Source of the DNA: Halocafeteria seosinensis
Taxonomy: Eukaryota
Length of the DNA stretch: 20,000 bases
Assembly: GCA_001687465.1 (NCBI GenBank)
Contig: LVLI01000341.1
Location: 107,928 to 127,927 of the forward strand
Direction of reading: 5' to 3'
The notes beneath the pieces were generated by a model. The model had not been told where the DNA came from and ran no database searches. It saw nothing but the letters and a program-made list of their open reading frames with translations. This document shows, one piece after another, positions 11,184 through 18,800 of this stretch. The position numbers and the translations under genes were made by a program. Within the stretch, counting starts at the first letter, position 1. Each line of letters begins with the position of its first letter.

Positions 11184-11460
11184 CTAGGCCGTGTGTGGGG
11201 TGAACCCTACCCGGAACCGCTCCAACATCTTCACGTTGGGGCGCATCAACGTGACAGACAGTTTGGGTGTCATCAGCTTTCGAAAGTTCCGCATCTCGCT
11301 TGTTCCCCAGCGAGAGCCCGGTGCTAATTCTCTGAAGGAACTTGATCGCGTCTTCTCCGAAGCCTCCCGTCGCCTCTTTCGCGAACGGGATCATTTCCGT
11401 GTGGTGATTCCTCGGATGTCCGTACAGTGTATTTTGTCTGCTTCACGTTTTCCGATTCTG
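11184..11460 (-). mobile_element. Degenerate 3' fragment of a non-LTR retrotransposon with restriction-like endonuclease (CRE-like C-terminus)
   Basis: Reading through two frameshifts gives KREADK / LYG..EMIPFAKEATGGFGEDAIKFLQRIS / NFRKLMTPKLSVTLMRPNVKML..stop. This resembles the RLE C-terminal pattern RExxKxxxY..PFAxExxGxxGxxAxxFL..LSVxLxRxNxxML. No RT domain seen nearby. Confidence 0.7.
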
Positions 11461-11878
11461 CGGGGAGGGGTGTATGTTGCCGGTAGCCTGTCCTTTGAAC
11501 AATTCGCGGAGACTTTCATATCGTCTGGTAGTATTGGATATGAAAAACTAGAATTATTTCACTAGACTGAAGACTGATATACATACGCACACCCCATCAA
11601 TTACAATATTAGTTTCGTAGTTTCCTTGGTATCAATGAAGCCGTCGAAGAAAAGCATTGACATCGGTCAATGCCTGAAGCACTCGAACAACTTGATCATG
11701 CGTGGTATGTGTTGTACCAGGTTGTACCAACGTTGTGTTAAGCAGGAGCGAGCGACTTCTCTGTCGGAGTTGCCACCTTCACAAGAGCAAGCGATGACTC
11801 ATTCAAGTGGTATTGACTATTAGACATGGTGTGTTGTTCGTCCGGGTAAATATGGGCATGGTAAGATTGTAGATAACA

Positions 11879-12783
11879 ATGTTTCGCTTTCTGCACAACT
11901 TTGGAGCCCGCAAAGCGGCGGCGGCCACGGGTGCCGCCATCGCTTGGCATTGGAGTTCTTTGAGAGTAATACATGCTGATTCTTCTTCTCCCACAGCTTC
12001 TGAGGGTCAGCCACAAGGTCATAGACGCAGATTCATGGATAGCTTCGAAAGTTGCGAAGATCCGTCGTGCAGCACCAAGGGCGAAATGAAACAGTGGCTG
12101 CAGAGAATGCAGCAGCATCGACAGGGAACTGAGGAAGATCGTGGACATTCACGAAGCCAAGAGAGACAACCTTCCACGGCATCAAGTGCTTCCGATTCTT
12201 CGTCTGGAGTCTCCGATAGGAAGGAGGAAACTGAAGGCATATCGGAGCCGGAGGATTGTCCACTCGACAGAGCTGAACTTGGCAACAGAACATGGAGTTT
12301 GGTAAGCAGACTTATCCTCTACTGACGCGTTCGTTCTGCTAGGAAGCATGTACACTCTTCAATTCCGCACAGCTTCATTCAATGGCGGCTTATTATCCCG
12401 AGGAGCCAACCAAAACTGATCAAGATTCCATGAAAGCGTTTCTCCAGGCACTCGGCAAGTTTTATCCCTGCAAATTCTGCGCTGCCCATTTTGCGAATGA
12501 ATTGGAAGAAGACCCCCCTGAGTAAGAAGTTAAAGTTACTCGTTTAGAGACATCGAGGTGTAATGTTACATTGTTTTCTTGCAGTGTAAGCTCGAGAGCA
12601 AGTCTTAGTCTATGGCTCTGTGAGAAACATAATGTAGTTAACGAGATGCTAGAGAAGCCGCGATTTGAGTGCCGAATTGAGGAGCTTGACAAGCGATGGA
12701 AATATGGACACCAGGGCTGTCTCGCAAACAGAATTGCAGCAATGGAGTCTCTGGGACAAGATGAAGGGGGTGAAGATGCCTAA
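11879..12783 (+). CDS. ERV1: FAD-linked sulfhydryl oxidase Erv1/ALR. Exons 11879-12301, 12373-12521, 12585-12783; about 256 aa (alternative start 12035)
   Basis: Spliced product reads DCPLDRAELGNRTWSL|LHSMAAYYPEEPT..FYPCKFCAAHF..DPPD|VSSRASLSLWLCEKHNVVNEMLEKPRFEC..LDKRW. It has the redox CxxC, the structural Cx16C and the HNxVN FAD motif. Introns GTAAGC..CACAG (71 bp) and GTAAGA..TGCAG (63 bp) keep the frame. Confidence 0.95.
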
Positions 12784-12814
12784 TAAGGATACCCGTTAGT
12801 ATCTATAACAGAGT

Positions 12815-15800
12815 TCACTTCCCTCTGACGAAATTTACGACGCGGGGCGATGCACCACTCCTCGTTTTTCGGAAGCGAGCGAGGTCCACGGGTTTTCTCG
12901 GTTTAAAATTTAACCCATCTTTACGTTGCTTCTCCAGCTTTTCGGCTTGTTGTCGACGATATGCTTCATCCAGATGGGGAGTGGAGCGAATGGCCCAGTC
13001 GCGATACGGTGACAAATCGACCGGTTTCCTCAACGCACTGCCGGTATCGTGCTTACTCCCTTCCCAAGCCTCGACAGTTTGCCGTCTAGATGCCTCGTCC
13101 AGCCGAGGGGTTGATTTCACAGCCCATCCTCGGTAGTACGAAAGGTCAACAGGTGTGTTCATCCGTTGTCCACGACGGCCCTCTTCGGAAGAAATGCTAG
13201 TACTCTCCGAATTATACCATTGGAGCATTTCATCAGACTGTCTTATGAGACCGTTATACTTTTGTTCTTCTTCAGTATGTGTCAATTCCTGTTGATTGCT
13301 TGCACTGCGGACTGATGTGCTCGCGGTGGGGCGCCCTTCTCGCAGCGTTCTACCCTCATGCGAAAACTGCCGCCTCCTCCCAGGAAGGTCGTTCGGACGA
13401 GCAGGCCCTTCGGTAGAACGCTCGACCGTACGTTCCCTTACGTTCCGTATCCGTTCCTGTTGTATACTAGAAGAATTTCTTTCATCGTCTATGCGACGCG
13501 TTTCGGTGACGAACTTCCTTCGCAAAGCACTGTTCGGCGGAATACTATCGTCCACACAACTCCCAATTGCATCGAGCGTAATGATGGGCCTGTCATCTGG
13601 ATCAATCGATTCATGGATACAGTCTCCAAAAGCATCAAGGGTAATTGTGTGGAACTCATCTTCCGCGCCGGCTCCCGATGCTCTTTCGTGGTTGAGCTCA
13701 TCTTCAACGCCTGACCCATCTACTACTGAATTGCCGCTCGAGTTCTGTACCACGTTGTCTTTGGGAGTAGCTTCCGGAACCTGAGCATCTGGTTGGCTCA
13801 CGTGTTCCTCGGCTAGAGATTCTGCTTTTCCGGGAATTGGCTCTTTCAAGTCTGCTACGTAATGAACCAAGGGGCTATCCGCTAGTAATCGAGTTTGGTT
13901 TCCCGCCTCTCCCGGCTGAAAATCATCATCACTACCCTCCGCGGCCTGTTGATTCAGCTTAGCTGCATCCTGCATCTCCGTTGCTGCTTCCCCATCGTCG
14001 GTAACTTCGTCGTTTCTTCCAGGTTCATCCACACTTGAGCTCTCAGATGCAAACACATGTGGCGTTTCATCCATCTCTTTTAAGCGCTCCACCGCGTTTT
14101 CATCTTTATCTTTAGGAACGTAGTTTTGGGGAATTTCTTCTCCGATGCCACTGTCTTCCTCTAATTGACTGGCGCCGGTTCCTTCCGAAGGCGTGGGTCC
14201 ATAATAACCACCTTCCTCCTCCCGGGTGGGGAACTTTGGAGCCTCCTGTTCGTCCAATTTCGATCCTCTCTCAATATCGTCATCAACAACAGAATTACAG
14301 TTCCCACCTAAATCATTCCTAGTCTCAGTTGCGAATATATCTGGACTGTCGTCCGTAGATTGCAAGCGTTCGACCTTATTCTCGTCCTCAGCAATAGGAG
14401 CGGAGTTCCGACCACTAACATCTTCGACGTTTTTGGCGTCATCTAAATGACTCGCGTCGACCTCCTCAAAAGGCGTACGTTCATACGACTCTTCATTGGG
14501 AGATTCGTCCAGAAGCAGAGAAGCGAACCTCGGGGCCGCCTCTTCTTCCGAATTTACGTCGGACTCTGATTCTCTCTCGATATCAGTCACAGAATCAGAA
14601 CCTGTACTTGAGGCTCTACCAGTTTCAGCTGCAGGAATACCTTCATCATTCGTTTTTGAGCGTACAACCTCGTTATCTTCTTCGCTAACAGGAGCGACAT
14701 TTTGAAAGCTATCTTCGACATTGTCGCCTTCATCATTTAGATTTTTGTCGTACCCTTCAAACGACGAAGGTGCGTGACTCTCATCGACCTTCTCGTTGAG
14801 AGACTCGTCTGCATACATTGGAGCAAACCTCGGAGCGTCCTCCTCGTCCACATCAACCCCCGAATCCGATTCTCGCTCGACGTCATCGTGGTTGCCCACA
14901 GACTCAGAGCCCATATTTGAGCCTCTCCCTGTCTCCGTTGCGACAGCATGCGGACCCTGACCCACAGTTTTCTTCTTGTCATCTGATGGACTCGTGTGGT
15001 TCTCTTCAAACGCCGCAGCAGGTCCCTGATTCTCATCGTCCTTCTCGTTAAAAGACTCGTCTGCATACATTGGAGCAAACCTCGGAACGTCCTCCTCGTC
15101 CACATCAACCCCCGAATCCGATTCTCGCTCGACGTCATCGTGGTTGCCCACAGACTCAGAGCCCATATTTGAGCCTCTCCCTGTCTCCGTTGCGACAGCA
15201 TGCGGACCCTGATCCACAGTTTTCTTCTTGTCATCTGATGGGCTCGTGTGGTTCTCTTCAAACGGCGCAGCAGGTCCCTGATTCTCATCGTCCTCCTCGT
15301 TGAGAGACTCGTCTGCATACATTGGAGCAAACCTCGGAACGTTCTCCTCGTCCACATCAACCCCCGAATCCGATTCTCGCTCGACGTCATCGTGGTTGCC
15401 CACAGACTCAGAGCCCATATTTGAGCCTCTCCCTGTCTCCGTTGCGACAGCATGCGGACCCTGATCCACAGTTTTCTTCTTGTCATCTGATGGGCTCGTG
15501 TGGTTCTCTTCAAACGGCGCAGCAGGTCCCTGATTCTCATCGTCCTCCTCGTTGAGAGACTCGTCTGCATACATTGGAGCAAACCTCGGAGCGTCCTCCT
15601 CGTCCACATCAACCCCCGAATCCGATTCTCGCTCGACGTCATCGTGGTTGCCCACAGACTCAGAGCCCATATTTGAGCCTCTTCCTGTCTCCGTTGCGAC
15701 AGCATGCGGACCCTGATCCACAGTTTTCTTCTTGTCATCTGATGGACTCGTGTGGTTCTCTTCAAACGACACAGGTCTGTGATTCTCACCGTCGTCATCG

Positions 15801-18800
15801 TACAGAAACTCATCTGCATCTGGGGCATATGCAGCTTCCTCTTTGTTTTCGCTATCGGTTTCACCATCAATAGAAGACTCCTCAGATCCGGAGTAAGTCG
15901 TCTTGTCTTCGTTCGGTAGACTGTCCGTATATACATGTGCGAATGTAGGTGTTTCTTGCTCCTCAATATCTGCGTCTGAATCAGACTCTCGCCCGTCATC
16001 TTCGCCAGCACTTGAGCCCCGCCCCTTGCCAGCCAAGGGCAAATGCGGGGTTTCTTCAGCACTCTGTATATGCTCAGTCCCATTTAGAGGAGAATCTTGA
16101 GCACTATTTTCCCCCATACCCTTTGTGTCATCTAGTTGACTCAAAGGAGAAGCTTCAGCTGCTTCTGGATGCAAAGACTTCTCATTATTCCCGTCCACAG
16201 GTTCTGCGTCCACTGGAGCAAATCTTGGGGTATCCCGCTCGGGCGTACCAAAGTCCGAATATGATTCACTGTTGTCATCCCCCGCAGAGTCCGACTCCAT
16301 ATTTGCTAACTTCCCAACATCATCAGCGGGCCGTATATGCTCAGCTCGGGCATTAAACGACGTTGGGGTTCCCCCGGCACCATATGGTTTCGCAACGTTT
16401 GATGCATCTTGTCCAGCCTTGGCCGTACTAGGCTCAGAGGCGTCGAAGACACCTTCTTCATCACTTGAAGCACTATCAGCATACACATGAGCGAATCTTG
16501 GAGTATATGCCTCTTCATCGCCCTGGGAGTCTTCATCAGTATCATCTAGTGAAAGAGTCGCAGCTGCGTCAGGTCCAGCCATATTAGACTCAGGTTCACG
16601 ATTACGCGAAGTATCGGTACCCAAGTCTCCGTAGTCATATGGGGCGTGAGTTTCGTCATCATTATTATTGGAAGCAGGAGGTAGTCCGCCAGTCGATTCG
16701 ACAAGGTGATTCATATCGTCGTCCTCTTTGCTCCCTCCATCATCAACAACGCTGGACGGTCTCTCTGTCGCTAAATTGGAATACGATGGAGTGGGTCGCA
16801 GTGCGCCAGAGTCTTTGGCATCAACTTCTGAGTCATCCCCAGACTCTGCCTGAGCACGGAAAGACTCGTTGTCAAGTAAGGCTTGGTTCTTGGGAGGATC
16901 ATTTAAGGCTCCCCTATTCTCGGGTTGTGATGGAGGACGTTCGTGTTCCTCCTCAGGGGCACACACGGAAGCGAAGTTCGGGGCATCGCCCGAATCTTCC
17001 CAATCGTCAAAGGAGTCCTCTTCTACGTGATCTAGAACAGCCTCCGAAGGGCGGCTTGCGGACCGCTGCCTGGCAAAAGTATCGTCCGTTTCTTTTCCAT
17101 TGCTGTGAGGTGTCCTGTCTGTTAACACGGAAGCAAATTGCGGAATTGTATCGACGTCCATTTCTCCACTAGATTCGTCCTCTTCCTGTTCATGAGGCGT
17201 CGCATCACGTACTAGGTTCGTAGGCTCAACAGGGGCGAAACTAGGGGTGCACTCCTCCTCCACATCTTCTTCAGAATCATTGTCGTAAGGGACCCTCGAA
17301 GCAGACGAGTTATTGTGCAAAAGTGCTGTCGGAACTGTTCCATCACAATCAATTTCATTGTGATCATGTATACCCTGACCCTGTTCATCTCCAGGGACGC
17401 GGGCCTCTTCTTTCACCCCATCTGCTTCATTGGACTGTTCCGGTTCTGAACCCTGCATTTGCCCGGTCTCAGCGACACCTACTTCCTGCGGCATTACTTG
17501 CTTTCGAGCAACTCCTTCGTCGTCTGATGTAGCTTCCGATTGCACTGGTGCAAAACTAGCAATGTCGGAACCATTCGCGTCGTCACTCGCAGTATCCTCT
17601 TCAGGTTCCACTGTCGCGAACCTAGGCACGAATTCGTCATGATGGTCGCTCGTAGAATCGTGGTCGTCCTCCGAGATTGATGAAGTGTTGGGCCGGACGA
17701 ATTCCATTGTTCCCCGTTCCCAGTCTGCAAGTTCATGGGGACGATTACCGGCTTTTCCACCCGGCGTCTCCTTTCCAGGAGAGTCCACATGGGGACGCTC
17801 GTTAGGATGCGTTCCCTTCACTGTGTCGCTATCCTCATGTTCTTCCTCAACTTGTGTCGAAATAGGAGCGAAGCGTGGCACTCTGCTATCCTCTGCGTCG
17901 CCATCTGAATCGTATTCTTCCCCCCGCTCTTCCTTCGAATCAGAAGGGATTCCATCGTCTATCTCATCGTTCTTAGGCTCATTACTAGATTCTGCAACGA
18001 ACGGCCTTGTTTCCTCTTCTACGGAAGGTAAAGATGCATCATTAATAAGCTTTCCGGGAGTGTCGGTGTCTTTTCCATGTTCGCTCTCCACACGTCCATT
18101 TCCGATCTGCGTCTCAGGCCCGGCCATTTGATCACCGACGTCGCTAATAGGTTTTGCTGGGGAACCATCCTCTGCATATACGGGTGCGAACTTTGGTTGC
18201 TCCAATTCATTAACCTCTTCGCCCGAATCTTCATCCACAGAAAAAGCGGCGAAGCAGGGTATGTCAGTTTCCTCTTCGGAGTCCCCCTCACTCGATCTTA
18301 AATCGGCATCAACTCCAGCATCGCCCACAGCTTTAAGAGCAGGTTTCTCTCCGCTGACGCTTGCTGCGGGACGATGTTCGGACATCTCTCCCCACGGAGC
18401 TTCCTCGGGAGACCAAACGGATTTTCTTCCGCGAGAATCTTTACCCTCGGGCATGCTATTGTAATCATAATTATCATGTCCTTCAGCACCAATGTCATCT
18501 GGTGGCGTAGGACCACGAGCAAACTTTGGGGATACTTCACTGGTATCCTCTTCCCAGTCCTCCTCGACCGCCCCAACCGCAGGCTGGAGCCCACTTTTAT
18601 CACCGGAGGGAAAGTTCTTGTATTCCGTACCAGATTGCTGCTCGCTAGGATGGTTCAGAGCAGAGTTAGACTCTGACCGCTCTAATTTCTCATCAGACGG
18701 CAATTGCTCGGAACAACTGGAAGCGAACCTTGGGGTCTCCGTATCATCAGCATCATCCTGAGACTCAGCATCAATATCGCCTTGCTCTTCGTCCACTTGC

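Noticed and set aside
11620..11830. Short ORFs and the hairpin GCATTGAC-atcg-GTCAATGC (11654-11673)
   Set aside because: No recognisable protein motif or splice model; one 8-bp stem is plausible by chance in 20 kb.
14779..15768. Regularly spaced repeats as a CRISPR array
   Set aside because: Whole 252-bp units are duplicated with no unique spacers, they are protein-coding, and the context is eukaryotic with no cas genes.
14737..16083. 448-aa alternative-frame ORF on - and four 77-99-aa ORFs on +
   Set aside because: By-products of the 252-bp in-frame repeat within the giant CDS; no independent protein features.
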